Shown one piece after another: positions 9,913-20,315 of a stretch of 64,000 nt of DNA. The position numbers were made by a program, and so were the translations under genes. This DNA is from a bacterium (lineage in GTDB: Bacteria > J088 > JAWLBW01). The DNA lies in the NCBI GenBank assembly GCA_041690355.1, contig JAWLHK010000011.1, forward strand, positions 62,001-126,000, written 5' to 3'. Position 1 is the first letter of the stretch; each line of letters opens with the position of its first letter. The notes beneath the pieces are model-generated. The model was given only the letters and a program-made list of their open reading frames with translations, searched no databases and was not told the DNA's origin.

Positions 9913-10546
9913 AGTCGGAAAGCGTCACCTGCTTGAACTCGCCGTCCTCATAGTAGAGCACGCCGCTCGCCTGGCGGAAAACGCCGTCGAGAAAGCCGTC
10001 GTGCTTGAGCACGAACGCCTCTTCTTCCCACGGCATCTGAAAGGTCGTTCCCGCGGGGAGAAATTCCATGTAGGAGAGAAAGCCGGTCTCGGGCTCGCCG
10101 CCGAAATTGTGTTTTTCGTCCGCCGGCGGGGTCTTGAGTCCGCGGCCGATCTCGACCACCTTGAACGTGGCGCCCGACGACATGAGCGCCAGGCGGATAC
10201 TGTGCTCGCTGTTGTAGCCGTGCAGAACGACGTCCTTCACGCTGTCGCCGTTGAAGTCGCCGATGACCCCCCAGGGCGAATGGCGCCCGGAGAAATGGTA
10301 GGCGCCCCGCAGCGTGGGGGCGAAATCGGCGTCACGGTAGGTCTTGAAGCCGGGCACGGCCTTGTCGAGCGCCTTCTGCATGGCGGGCGGCAGCACGATG
10401 GCGCGTCCCCCCTCCTCTTCCACGATGCGCGGCACGGCCGCCTCGCCGGCCCCGAAAGCTTCGGGAGCGGCGAACGATATCAGGCACTGAAAGGCAAGAA
10501 TTACGCTGACGGAACTGGCTGCGGCGCGCATGGCCGTCCTCCGCAC
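9911..10546 (-). CDS. Exported hypothetical protein with one FG-GAP/VCBS-like Ca-binding motif
   Basis: Signal peptide; GDFNGDSVKD motif. Confidence 0.65.
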   Translation of the reverse strand: MRRTAMRAAASSVSVILAFQCLISFAAPEAFGAGEAAVPRIVEEEGGRAIVLPPAMQKALDKAVPGFKTYRDADFAPTLRGAYHFSGRHSPWGVIGDFNGDSVKDVVLHGYNSEHSIRLALMSSGATFKVVEIGRGLKTPPADEKHNFGGEPETGFLSYMEFLPAGTTFQMPWEEEAFVLKHDGFLDGVFRQASGVLYYEDGEFKQVTLSD

Positions 10547-10573
10547 GGTCGACCTGCTGATACTATCCCATCT

Positions 10574-10954
10574 TCAGCGCTGAATCAATTCAATCTTGTA
10601 GCCGTCGGGGTCGCGTACGAAGGCGATGACCGAGCCCCCGTGCTTCATCGGGCCCGGTTCCCGAACGATTTCGCCCCCTTTGGCCCGGATCTCCTCGCAC
10701 GTTCGATAGATGTCTTCGACTCCGATGGCGACGTGCCCGAAACCGTCGCCCAGGTCGTAGGTCGCCTTTCCCCAGTTGTACGTCAGCTCGAGAACGGCCG
10801 AGTCGGTCTCGTCGCCGTACCCGACGAACGCCAGCGTGAACTCGCCGCTCGGGTACTCCTTGCGCCGCAGCAGCCGCATGCCGAGCACGTCGCAGTAGAA
10901 GGCGAGCGAACGGTCGAGGTTGCCGACCCGGATCATGGTGTGCAGGATGCGCAT
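10574..10954 (-). CDS. gloA: Lactoylglutathione lyase (glyoxalase I)
   Basis: [35 protein letters not shown]. Confidence 0.97.
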   Translation of the reverse strand: MRILHTMIRVGNLDRSLAFYCDVLGMRLLRRKEYPSGEFTLAFVGYGDETDSAVLELTYNWGKATYDLGDGFGHVAIGVEDIYRTCEEIRAKGGEIVREPGPMKHGGSVIAFVRDPDGYKIELIQR

Positions 10955-11009
10955 GAAGTCCCTCTCGCAGCCGCGGGAGCCGGACATGCCGGGCCTCGCG
11001 CAAAACGGT

Positions 11010-11732
11010 TTATTTTATTTCATTCAGCGTTTTCAGAAGATGTTCGCGGAACCAGCTGCACGAAGCATCAAGCGCGGTATTCAGGTGCGCTTCTTCCGAG
11101 AAACGATGGCCACACCCTTCCACATCCAGGCGGGAACGCGGTTCGGCGAGCTTCCGCCAGATCCGCTCAGCATGTTCAAAGGGAACGGTTTCATCCTGCG
11201 TTCCGTGGATGAGCAGCACGCCGGGAATGCCCTCGGGAACCGACCGGAATTCGCCCCGCTCGTACTCGGCCGCCAACCCGTGCAGATGGGCCAGATCATT
11301 TCCGTGTCGGCCCGCCAGATCGTCCAGATTCTCGGGGGCGGCCAGGGTCACGACCGCCTGCACGGCGGGGTCCCGGGCCAGAAAGAGCGCGACATAGCCG
11401 CCCATGCTCGACCCGAAGAGCCCCAGGCGAGCGCCCCCGATGCGGCTGCGGGCCGCCAGCATCACCGTGCGCGCATCCTCGATACGGCTGGCGACCGTGC
11501 TCTCGGCCAGCGTCCCCGAGCTCAGGCCGCAGCCGCGGAAGTCGAAGCGGATGAGACCGACGCCGAACGGGTCGAGGCGCTCGGCGAGCTTCGGATACTT
11601 GCTCCCCTCTTTGTCGCTCTCGAGCCCGTGCAGGGCGATGACCCAGGCGACCGGGGCGTCGGGTTCGTGAAAGACGACGTCGAGCACGCCGCGCTCGTCG
11701 ACGGGAAAGCGGTGGTGTGAGATCGTGGACAT
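11010..11732 (-). CDS. Alpha/beta hydrolase
   Basis: HGLES oxyanion region, GSSMGG nucleophile elbow, [15 protein letters not shown]. Confidence 0.9.
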   Translation of the reverse strand: MSTISHHRFPVDERGVLDVVFHEPDAPVAWVIALHGLESDKEGSKYPKLAERLDPFGVGLIRFDFRGCGLSSGTLAESTVASRIEDARTVMLAARSRIGGARLGLFGSSMGGYVALFLARDPAVQAVVTLAAPENLDDLAGRHGNDLAHLHGLAAEYERGEFRSVPEGIPGVLLIHGTQDETVPFEHAERIWRKLAEPRSRLDVEGCGHRFSEEAHLNTALDASCSWFREHLLKTLNEIK

Positions 11733-11836
11733 GGCGTCAGCGTACCATAACCCCGAGCGCTCCGTCTTCCCGCGCCAACCCGGTTGCCGCCTCCCAAGGG
11801 CTCGTATAGACTGTTCAGTTCGCAGAGGAGACCGCC

Positions 11837-12781
11837 ATGCGCATTTACGAAGACATCACGCAGACCATCGGCAATACCCCGCTCGTTCGCCTCAATCGCG
11901 TCACCGAGGGGGCCGGCGCGACCGTGCTCGCGAAGCTCGAATTCTTCAACCCGCTCTCGTCCGTCAAGGACCGCATCGGCGCCGCCATGATCGAGGCCGC
12001 CGAGCGCGAGGGCAGGATCAAACCCGGCGAGTCGGTCATCATCGAGCCCACCAGCGGCAACACGGGTATCGCGCTCGCCTTCGTCTGCGCGGCGAAGGGC
12101 TACCGCCTGATGCTCACGATGCCCGAAACGATGAGCATGGAGCGGCGGATTCTGCTGAAACTGCTCGGCGCCGAGCTCGTGCTCACCCCCGGCCCGCAGG
12201 GGATGAAGGGGGCCATCGCCAAGGCCGAAGAGCTGGTGGCGGCGACGCCGCACGCCTTCATGCCGCAGCAGTTCCAGAACCCGGCCAATCCGGAGGTTCA
12301 CCGCCGCACGACCGCCGAAGAGATCTGGCGCGACACCGACGGCGCCGTAGATATCTTCGTCTCGGGCGTCGGCACCGGCGGCACGATGACCGGCGTCGGC
12401 CAGGTGCTCAAGGAGCGCAAGCCGGGGGTCAAGGCGATTGCGGTCGAACCCGAAGAGAGCCCCGTTCTTTCGGGGGGCAAAGCGGGACCGCACAAGATTC
12501 AGGGTATCGGCGCCGGTTTCATCCCCGACAACCTCGATACGAAGGTCTACGACGAGGTCATTCGCGTGACCTCCGAGGACGCGGTCGCCATGGCCCGCCG
12601 CGTGGCGCGCGAAGAGGGCATTCTCGTCGGCATCTCGTCGGGCGCCGCCGTCCACGCCGCGCTCGAGGTGGCCAGGCGTCCCGAGAACCGCGGCAAAACA
12701 ATCGTCGTCGTCATCCCGAGCACCGGCGAACGTTACCTTTCGACGGTGCTGGCCGAAGAAGCGCGCGCCTCGGTCCAGTAA
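11837..12781 (+). CDS. cysK: Cysteine synthase A
   Basis: [12 protein letters not shown] lysine, [24 protein letters not shown]. Confidence 0.97.
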   Translation: MRIYEDITQTIGNTPLVRLNRVTEGAGATVLAKLEFFNPLSSVKDRIGAAMIEAAEREGRIKPGESVIIEPTSGNTGIALAFVCAAKGYRLMLTMPETMSMERRILLKLLGAELVLTPGPQGMKGAIAKAEELVAATPHAFMPQQFQNPANPEVHRRTTAEEIWRDTDGAVDIFVSGVGTGGTMTGVGQVLKERKPGVKAIAVEPEESPVLSGGKAGPHKIQGIGAGFIPDNLDTKVYDEVIRVTSEDAVAMARRVAREEGILVGISSGAAVHAALEVARRPENRGKTIVVVIPSTGERYLSTVLAEEARASVQ

Positions 12782-12857
12782 CGGGCCAGGAACGGCGCGG
12801 GCCCGTCTTTCGCATCTGCGTGCCGGCGCGGATACAATGGCCGTGCCGGTACACGCA

Positions 12858-13913
12858 ATGCCCAACATCTCCGGAGAAAAACTCTTCCGCCTGCTGCTCA
12901 CGCAGGCGGCCCGCGCCGAAGGCTTCGACACCGTAGGATTCGCGCCGGCAGCCGTTCTCGATCGCGAACGGGCCGCCTTCGCCCGGTGGCTCGCCGACGA
13001 CCGGCACGGCGGCATGGCCTGGATGGCCCGTGACCCCGAGAAGCGCACCGATCCGCGGCTGCTCTTCGACGACGCGCGCACGGTCATGGTCGTGGGCGCC
13101 AACTACTTTTCCGACGCCGTTCCCGAAGTCGACGAACGGCGCGTCGCACGCTATGCCCGGGGGCGCGATTACCACAACGTGCTGCCGAAACGGCTGCGCA
13201 AGGTCGTGCGCCGGGTACAGGCCGAGTTCCCCGTCGTGCAGGCGAAAATCTGCGTCGACACGAGCCCGATTCTCGAAAAGCCGTGGGCGCAGCGCGCCGG
13301 GCTGGGCTGGCAGGGCAAACATACGAATCTGGTGAGCCGCGGTTTCGGCAGCTGGCTGCTGCTCGGCATCGCCCTGCTGAACGTCGAGGTCGAACCCGAC
13401 CCGCCGCATCCCGACCTGTGCGGCACGTGCACCGCCTGCCTCGAGGCCTGCCCGACCGGGGCACTCGACCCCGAAGAGCCCTGGCGGCTGGATGCGCGCA
13501 AGTGCATCAGCTACTGGACCATCGAGCATCGCGGGCCCTTCCCGCCCGAAGCCCCGCCGCTGCACGGCTGGGCGCACGGTTGCGACCTGTGTCTCGAGGC
13601 CTGCCCGTGGACGAAGTTCAGCCGCCTGAGCGCCTGGGCCGACTTCGCGCCGCGCTACAGCGGGCTCGATCCAGACCTGCTCGAAAATCCCGATCGGCTT
13701 GCGCCAATGCTCCCCGGCACGCCGCTCGCGCGGCCCGGGATTGCGGGTCTGCAGCGCAATGCGGGGCTCGCCGACGCCGTTCCCCCTGATGATACGCCCG
13801 AGGCTTCCTGTCTCGCTTCCCGTCTCGAAGATGCGCGTGAGGATGAAGATGCGCGTGACGATGCGCGCGGCGAATCCTCCGGGCCGGCTTCCGGTCCGGC
13901 AGAGGAGGCGTGA
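12858..13913 (+). CDS. queG: Epoxyqueuosine reductase
   Basis: ARYARGRDYH, CVDTSPILEK, CGTCTACLEACPT, CISYWTIE, GCDLCLEACPW; start ambiguous (12837 or 12858; TACAAT overlaps the first ATG). Confidence 0.94.
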   Translation: MPNISGEKLFRLLLTQAARAEGFDTVGFAPAAVLDRERAAFARWLADDRHGGMAWMARDPEKRTDPRLLFDDARTVMVVGANYFSDAVPEVDERRVARYARGRDYHNVLPKRLRKVVRRVQAEFPVVQAKICVDTSPILEKPWAQRAGLGWQGKHTNLVSRGFGSWLLLGIALLNVEVEPDPPHPDLCGTCTACLEACPTGALDPEEPWRLDARKCISYWTIEHRGPFPPEAPPLHGWAHGCDLCLEACPWTKFSRLSAWADFAPRYSGLDPDLLENPDRLAPMLPGTPLARPGIAGLQRNAGLADAVPPDDTPEASCLASRLEDAREDEDARDDARGESSGPASGPAEEA

Positions 13914-13947
13914 AGGCGCGCGCGGACACCGGCGGATCGCCCAGCCG

Positions 13948-14322
13948 TCAGTGAATCGTCTGGTTGGCGTTGAGGATGAACTCGGGAATCGTCGCCTGAA
14001 AAGATGCGCCCTCGCGGGTCACCATGCGGTAGGCCCCCTTCATGGTGCCGATGGGCGTCCCGAGCGTCGCCCAGCTCGTATAGCTGAAGGCGCCCCCCGG
14101 CTCGAGCGTCGGCTGTTGTCCGACGACCCCCTCGCCCTCGACCTCGCGAATCTCGCCGTTCGCGTCGGTGATCACCCAGTGCCGGCTGTGCAGGCGCACG
14201 GCCACGTCGCCGTCGTTGCGGATCGTCACGTCGTAGGCGAAGGCGTAGCCGTCTTCCTCCCGACGCGGCAGGTATCGCGCGGTGACCTCGACGGTCACCC
14301 CCTGGGTCGTTCGTGTTGGCAT
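13948..14322 (-). CDS. apaG: ApaG protein
   Basis: FAYDVTIRN, RHWVITD, GEGVVGQQP, GTMKGAY. Confidence 0.95.
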   Translation of the reverse strand: MPTRTTQGVTVEVTARYLPRREEDGYAFAYDVTIRNDGDVAVRLHSRHWVITDANGEIREVEGEGVVGQQPTLEPGGAFSYTSWATLGTPIGTMKGAYRMVTREGASFQATIPEFILNANQTIH

Positions 14323-14323
14323 C

Positions 14324-14707
14324 TCAAAGATAGCGTATCACAAGGCGCCGGCGTCGCGGCCCATCGTATTCCGCCAGGTACACGGCCTGCCAGGTGCCGA
14401 GCAGCAGGCGGCCGTCGCGGGCGGGAATGGTGACCGAGCTGCCGGTGAGCGTGGTCAGAAGGTGGGCGTCACTGTTCCCCTCGCCGTGCCGGTAGAAGCT
14501 CTCGTCTTTCGGAAAGACGCGCGCGAGCTTCTCGAAGACGTCATGCGGCACGTCGGGATCGGCGTTTTCGTTGAGGGTCACGCCGGCGGTCGTGTGCGGC
14601 GAAAAGACGAGCACGGCGCGCGCGTCGGCGGGCACGCCGTCGGCCACCTGGGCGGTGATGTCGACCCAGCATGCGCGGCGCGGCGTTTCGATGTGCAGTT
14701 CGCGCAT
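14324..14707 (-). CDS. yjbQ: YjbQ/UPF0047 family protein
   Basis: HTTAGVTLNENADPDV, HGEGNSDAH, LGTWQAVYLAEYDGPR. Confidence 0.93.
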   Translation of the reverse strand: MRELHIETPRRACWVDITAQVADGVPADARAVLVFSPHTTAGVTLNENADPDVPHDVFEKLARVFPKDESFYRHGEGNSDAHLLTTLTGSSVTIPARDGRLLLGTWQAVYLAEYDGPRRRRLVIRYL

Positions 14708-14719
14708 CCGACGCTTCGC

Positions 14720-16174
14720 TCAGGGAACCGAGTCGATGGCGAGCGGACGCGCCGGCAGCGGGAGAAAGGTCGACACCGGCTCGTCGCTGTCGGGATCGAC
14801 CCGCAGCAGCGCATTGCGGCTGCCCGAGACGGACAGCAGGGCGCTGTCGAGGATGCCCAGGTCGTCGTAATGCGGAGCGAGAATGCCCGGAGTCCCCTCG
14901 ATTTCGAGCAGCCGGGCGACGGCGTCGCCGACCGGGGCCGTCACGTCATAGCGGTACCCCGTCTCGGTCGCGGTGCTTACCGGCTCAGGCAGGGTAAACG
15001 CAAGCAGGCCCGCGGCCGGCGCGGCGACGAGCAGCGAGCGGGCCTGCGCGACGGCGAGCACCGACGTCGCCTCGGTGACCGCCTCGGCAAGGCCCGTCAA
15101 TGCCCCCGCGTCGAGCACGAGCGGTACGTAGGCCGTATCCCTGAGAACGTCGACCGCGCCCACGCAGCCGACCCCTTCGCAGTCGCCCGTGAAGAAGAGC
15201 AGGTTCGTGGGGGGAAATGGCGAGAGGCCTCCCGAGGCGAACAGACCGCCGATGCCGATCTGCGAAACCAGCTGATCGGTCTCGGCGTGAGCCTCGGGCG
15301 CGAAGGTGATCACTTCGCTCCCGCCCTGCAGCCAGTTGGTGCCCACGACGGCCACCAGGTGCGAGCCGAAGCGGGCTTCGTCCGGCGAGGCGAGCACGGC
15401 CAGCCCCGTGGGCGACAGGTACGGCGAGACCGCCTGCAGGTTCATCCCGGCGACGGGACCCGCCACGCCCGAAAAGGCGTCGACGGAGAAGACGTGCGTA
15501 GCCCCCGCCTGCACGACGTAGATCGACTCCCCCTCGGGATGGGCGGCGAGGGCAACCGGCGCCACGCCGAGATCGACCACCGTCGGGTCGGTCACGCTGT
15601 CGGAAATCGAGTGCAGGACAAGATAGCCGGTCTCGTCGGTCGACCCCACGGCCCGGCGCGACGCCGAGACGGCCGCCCGTTTGGGACCGCTCAGATAGAC
15701 GATGTCGAGAAAGACGTTTTCATAGCCGCTCTCGGACAGCGACCGCCGCGTCACCTCGGTCGGCTGCGTACTCTCGTCCTTGTAGGCATACACGCCGAGC
15801 GCCGGGGATGCATCGAGGATGGCAAGCCGGCGTCCCGACTGACCCAGCTGCTCGTCGGTCACCGTGAAAATCACGTCGGCCCCTGAGCTGCTGCCGTTGA
15901 CCGTGACGATGACCGGTCCGGTCTTCGCCCCGTCAGGAACCAGCGCCGTGATGGCCGTGTCGGTGTGGGAGAGAAACTCGGGAACCTCGGCGCCGCCGAT
16001 GGTCACGCTCACGTCGTCGGTCTCGGTGCCGAACCCCGATCCGAGAATGACCACCGGGATGCCTACCGGCCCCTCGCCGGGGGTCACGCTGGCCACGATG
16101 GGGCCCAAACCGCCGCACGCCGCCGAGGCCATCCAAACGCAGGCCGTCGCAACCCGGATCCACAGGCTTTTCAT
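14720..16174 (-). CDS. Lipoprotein with IPT/TIG domain and probable beta-propeller
   Basis: Lipobox SAAC; P..GPVG.PVVILGSGFG...VPDGAKTGPVIVTV TIG pattern. Confidence 0.75.
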   Translation of the reverse strand: MKSLWIRVATACVWMASAACGGLGPIVASVTPGEGPVGIPVVILGSGFGTETDDVSVTIGGAEVPEFLSHTDTAITALVPDGAKTGPVIVTVNGSSSGADVIFTVTDEQLGQSGRRLAILDASPALGVYAYKDESTQPTEVTRRSLSESGYENVFLDIVYLSGPKRAAVSASRRAVGSTDETGYLVLHSISDSVTDPTVVDLGVAPVALAAHPEGESIYVVQAGATHVFSVDAFSGVAGPVAGMNLQAVSPYLSPTGLAVLASPDEARFGSHLVAVVGTNWLQGGSEVITFAPEAHAETDQLVSQIGIGGLFASGGLSPFPPTNLLFFTGDCEGVGCVGAVDVLRDTAYVPLVLDAGALTGLAEAVTEATSVLAVAQARSLLVAAPAAGLLAFTLPEPVSTATETGYRYDVTAPVGDAVARLLEIEGTPGILAPHYDDLGILDSALLSVSGSRNALLRVDPDSDEPVSTFLPLPARPLAIDSVP

Positions 16175-16274
16175 ACGCCTTCCCCTCGAAATGCAATTAC
16201 CGAGTTATTCTATTCCCCGCCGCTCCCGGGGTCAAACCGGCGCCCGGCGACGGCCGTCGCGGCTGCGGCGCCGG

Positions 16275-17426
16275 CTACTCGCCGGCGAGATGGCGATTGA
16301 TCGCCAGCAGGTCGGGGACGTCGTAGACGTCCTTGTCGAAGAAGGGGACCGGGCGCACGAGGCCGTTCGACCGATCGGCCAGCCGTTGAATCGATTTGTA
16401 ATCGGCCGTGGCCAGCAGCAGAAAGCGATCCAGGTTATCGACCAGCCGGGTCCAGGTTTCCTTGCCGCCGGGGATGGGCGGGACATCCTGAGCGCGTAGA
16501 CCGGCGACGACATCCTGGCGGCGGGCCAGTTCGATACCGTAGGTGCGCCGCACCCGGTTCACGATGAATCCGCCGAAGGGAAGTTTCATCTCGCGCAGGC
16601 GTTCGTAGAAGTGCAGCGTCTCTTCAATCCCGAGTTCATCGGGGGCGGTCACGATGACAAAGGTGACCTTGGGCGAGGCGAGCAGCACCTTGAGCGCCTG
16701 GCCCTGCCGCTGAAACTCCTCGAGCACGGCATCGAAATTCTGGAAGAAGTCGGCCAGGTCGTCAAGGAGCTGCGCGCCGGTCAGGCGCTTCAGGATCTCG
16801 AGAAAGGCCGTCCCGCTCTTCTGGAACAGCTTGTAGCCCACATTCTGCGAGCGGGCGCCCGGCTTGAAGAACCAGTCGACGATGCGGGCCGTGAAGAAGT
16901 CGGTGATCTTGGCCGGCGCCTCGAGAAAATCGAGGGCATGGCGCGCCGGCGGCGTGTCGAGCACGATCAAGTCGAACCGCCGCGAGGCGTGCAGGTCGGC
17001 CAGCTTCTGCATGGCCACGTATTCCTGGCTCCCCCCCAGCGCGGTGGAAATGTTGTTGTAGAGGCGGTTCTCGAAGATCTTGCGCTTGATCTCTTCGTTG
17101 GGCGCATTGCGCTCGATGAGTTCGTCAAACGCACGCTTGACGTCGAGCATGAGCGCCGTGAGCGATCCCTTCATTTCGGCGCCTACGGTGGTGAACCGCT
17201 CGGGCTCGACGAGGTGCTCTTCGCCGCTCAGCTCGGCAATCCCTAGCGAATTGGCCAGGCGCTTGGCGGGATCGATGGTGCAGACGAGCACCTTTTTCCC
17301 GCGCAGCGCGGCACGGATGCCGATGGTCGCGCTCGTCGTCGTCTTGCCCACGCCACCCGAGCCGGCGCAGACGATCACTTCGTTGTTGTCGATGAGGGCA
17401 TCGATGTCAAAGGTGCTCTTCATCAC
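16275..17426 (-). CDS. ArsA/Get3-family ATPase, second gene of pair
   Basis: GSGGVGKTT, TIDPAKRLANSLG, LDTPP. Confidence 0.9.
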   Translation of the reverse strand: MMKSTFDIDALIDNNEVIVCAGSGGVGKTTTSATIGIRAALRGKKVLVCTIDPAKRLANSLGIAELSGEEHLVEPERFTTVGAEMKGSLTALMLDVKRAFDELIERNAPNEEIKRKIFENRLYNNISTALGGSQEYVAMQKLADLHASRRFDLIVLDTPPARHALDFLEAPAKITDFFTARIVDWFFKPGARSQNVGYKLFQKSGTAFLEILKRLTGAQLLDDLADFFQNFDAVLEEFQRQGQALKVLLASPKVTFVIVTAPDELGIEETLHFYERLREMKLPFGGFIVNRVRRTYGIELARRQDVVAGLRAQDVPPIPGGKETWTRLVDNLDRFLLLATADYKSIQRLADRSNGLVRPVPFFDKDVYDVPDLLAINRHLAGE

Positions 17427-18373
17427 GCAAGCGCCTCCTCGAGACGCGCCGACAGGGTATCGATGGCCGACCGGTCGAAACGCTCGCCGAAAATGAAGGG
17501 GAGCTCGACGCGCGGGGCCGGAACGGCCTCGGCAAGCCGTTCGATATGACGCCGGTTCAGCGCTTCGCGCGTCATCTCGGTGCGGGCGGCTTCGAGCAGC
17601 CCTTCGGCAATCTGCTCTTCAACCGGCAGGTCTTTGACCTTGCCGTCGCGCACGAAGGCCGCGGCATCACCCTCGAACAGGCGCGGATACACGGCATTCA
17701 CGAAGACGTACCCGAAGGGTACGCCCAGCATGTCATCGAGGCTGCGGTACAAATCGATCGTCTCGTTCACCGGCAGCTCCTCGGCCAGCGTGACGAGGTT
17801 GACCGAAGTCATGCGCGGATCGAGAAAGAGGTCGCGCATCTGTTCGGCGCTCTTCGCAATCGGACCGACGCGCACCGTGTCGATGGCGGCCTGCGGGAGG
17901 CGCAGAAACGTGATGCCGTGCCCCGTCGCCGGCGCATCGACAATGATGCGGTCCCAGGCCGGCTTTCCGTTGCGCTGGCGATCCTGTTCGAGGTACCAGA
18001 TCTTGCCGACGGCCACCAGATCATCCATGCCCGGCAGCGCCTTGGTGAAGACCTTGAAGAAGTTGTTGTTGATGACGCGATCGTAGATGAGCTTGAACTT
18101 GAATACGATGCGCATGTACTCTTCGAGCGCCTCGCGCGGCGTGATGTTCAGCGCATACAGATTTTCGTCGAGGCGCACCGGATCATAACCGACATGCTGC
18201 ACCCCGAAGAGAGGCGCCATGCGCGAGCTGGCGTTCATCTCGACGAGCAGCACGCGTTTGCCCTGGCGCGCATGAAGGCGCCCGAGCGCAGCAGCCAGCG
18301 TGCTCTTGCCGACGCCGCCCTTGCCGGTAAAGAAAACGAGGCGTTTCTGCAGTAAGTCGTGAGCGGTTGCCAT
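17423..18373 (-). CDS. ArsA/Get3-family ATPase, first gene of pair
   Basis: TGKGGVGKST, VDAPATGH, AEELPVNET; stop overlaps the next start. Confidence 0.9.
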   Translation of the reverse strand: MATAHDLLQKRLVFFTGKGGVGKSTLAAALGRLHARQGKRVLLVEMNASSRMAPLFGVQHVGYDPVRLDENLYALNITPREALEEYMRIVFKFKLIYDRVINNNFFKVFTKALPGMDDLVAVGKIWYLEQDRQRNGKPAWDRIIVDAPATGHGITFLRLPQAAIDTVRVGPIAKSAEQMRDLFLDPRMTSVNLVTLAEELPVNETIDLYRSLDDMLGVPFGYVFVNAVYPRLFEGDAAAFVRDGKVKDLPVEEQIAEGLLEAARTEMTREALNRRHIERLAEAVPAPRVELPFIFGERFDRSAIDTLSARLEEALA

Positions 18374-18521
18374 GCGAGACGGACCCGGAAAAGCGGAGAA
18401 AAGGGTCAGTATACCAGCCGGCGCATCCTCCCTCCAGCCGACCGTTCTGCCGAGTGGACAGCTTCGCGAACCATCGACTATAATGCGCCTTTGCGCGTCT
18501 CCACAGAGGAACCGACACCGC

Positions 18522-20315
18522 ATGACCTATCAGAGCATCCCCGACCTGTTTCTGCAGAGCTGCGCCCGCGGCGGCGATCGCATCGCGTTGCGCCACAAGG
18601 TCGGCGGCCGCTGGGAAGGGGTGTCGTGGCGACGCTTCGAAGAAACGGTCCGTAACGTCGCCAAGGGGCTACTGGCCCTCGGCCTGCAGAAGGGAGACCG
18701 GGCGGCCATTCTCTCGAACACGCGCATCGAGTGGGTCTTTGCCGACCTGGGCATCATCTGCGCGGGCGCCACGACGGTGCCCATCTACCAGAGCAGCCTG
18801 TCGGCCGACGTCCGCTACTACCTCGAAGACTCCGGCTCGTCGGTCGTCTTCGTCGAAGACGAAAAGCAGCTCTTGAAAGTGCTCGAGGTGCGCGGCAGCC
18901 TGCCTGCGCTGCAGAAAATCGTTCTCCTCTCGGGCCACAAGCCAAGCGATCCGACCGTTCTGCACTTCGGCGAGCTCGTCGAGCTGGGGCGCCGGCAGGC
19001 CGAAGAGCCGCTCGAGCGCGCCCTCGAAGCCGCCGGGGGCGAGGATCTGGCCTCCATCGTCTATACCTCGGGCACGACCGGCCCCCAGAAAGGGGCCATG
19101 CTCACCCACGAGGGCTTTCTTTTCGTTGCCGAAGGCATTGAAACGATCATCCGGCGCGGCCCGGCCGATGAAACACTCCTCTACCTGCCGCTCGCCCACA
19201 TCTTCGCCCGCATCGTCGAGTTTGTCTGCATCCGCGGCACGATCACCATCGCCTTCGCCGAGAGCATCGACAAGCTGATGGACAATCTGGGGGAAGTGCG
19301 CCCGACGTTCATGGGAAGTGTTCCGCGCATCTACGAAAAAGTCTACGCCAGAATCCAGGCCGACATGGACGAGGCCGGCGGTGCCCGCAAGCGCATTTTC
19401 GACTGGGCCGTCGGGGTTGGCCGTGACGTCAGTCGGCACATCCAGAAGCGCGAACCGATCCCGCCGGTCACGCAGCTGCAGTACCGCCTCGCCCGCAAGC
19501 TCGTGCTCTCGAAAATCAAGGATCGCTTCGGCGGACGCCTCGATTTCTTCGTGAGCGGCGGCGCGCCCCTGGGCAAGGAGATTGCAGAATTCTTTCATGC
19601 CGCCGGCATCCTCATTCTCGAGGGCTACGGCCTTACCGAGACGACGGCCGTCACGAACGTAAACCGCCCCGACAATTACAAGTTCGGTACCGTCGGGCAG
19701 CCGATTGCAGGGGTCGAGCAGAAAATCGCGCCGGACGGCGAGATTCTGAGCCGCTCGAAGGGGATCATGCGCGGCTACTTCAACCGTGAAGAAGATACGG
19801 ACGAGGTCATCGACGGCGAGGGCTGGTTTCACACCGGCGACATCGGCGAATACGACGACGAGGGCTTCCTGCGCATCACCGACCGCAAGAAGGATATCAT
19901 CGTGACCGCCGGGGGCAAGAACGTTTCGCCTCAGAACATCGAGAACCATCTGAAGACGAACGTCTTCATCAGTCAGGCCATGGTGTACGGCGACCGGCGC
20001 AAGTATGTGACGGCGCTCATTACGCTGAATCCGGATGAGGTCGCGCGTTTTGCAGACCAGGAGCGCATCCCGTACGAAACCGTGCGCGACCTCTACCCGC
20101 ATCCGGCCGTGAACAAACGGGTCGCCGACATCATCGACGAGAAGAACCGCAACCTGGCCAGCTACGAGACGATCAAGAAGTTCACGATCGTTCCGGACGA
20201 TTTCTCCCAGGAAGCCGGCGAGCTGACGCCGACGCTCAAGGTGAAGCGAAAGTTCGTGGCCCAGAAGTACCGCCACCTGATCGACGCCATGTACGACGAG
20301 CGCGTCATCGATTGA
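18522..20315 (+). CDS. Long-chain-fatty-acid--CoA ligase
   Basis: YTSGTTGPQKG, EGYGLTET, GWFHTGDIG, LTPTLKVKR; GAGGA RBS and TATAAT at 18479. Confidence 0.94.
   Translation: MTYQSIPDLFLQSCARGGDRIALRHKVGGRWEGVSWRRFEETVRNVAKGLLALGLQKGDRAAILSNTRIEWVFADLGIICAGATTVPIYQSSLSADVRYYLEDSGSSVVFVEDEKQLLKVLEVRGSLPALQKIVLLSGHKPSDPTVLHFGELVELGRRQAEEPLERALEAAGGEDLASIVYTSGTTGPQKGAMLTHEGFLFVAEGIETIIRRGPADETLLYLPLAHIFARIVEFVCIRGTITIAFAESIDKLMDNLGEVRPTFMGSVPRIYEKVYARIQADMDEAGGARKRIFDWAVGVGRDVSRHIQKREPIPPVTQLQYRLARKLVLSKIKDRFGGRLDFFVSGGAPLGKEIAEFFHAAGILILEGYGLTETTAVTNVNRPDNYKFGTVGQPIAGVEQKIAPDGEILSRSKGIMRGYFNREEDTDEVIDGEGWFHTGDIGEYDDEGFLRITDRKKDIIVTAGGKNVSPQNIENHLKTNVFISQAMVYGDRRKYVTALITLNPDEVARFADQERIPYETVRDLYPHPAVNKRVADIIDEKNRNLASYETIKKFTIVPDDFSQEAGELTPTLKVKRKFVAQKYRHLIDAMYDERVID

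Noticed and set aside
16275-18373. Arsenic resistance operon
   Set aside because: No arsB/acr3/arsC/arsR/arsD nearby and no obvious metalloid-binding cysteine set
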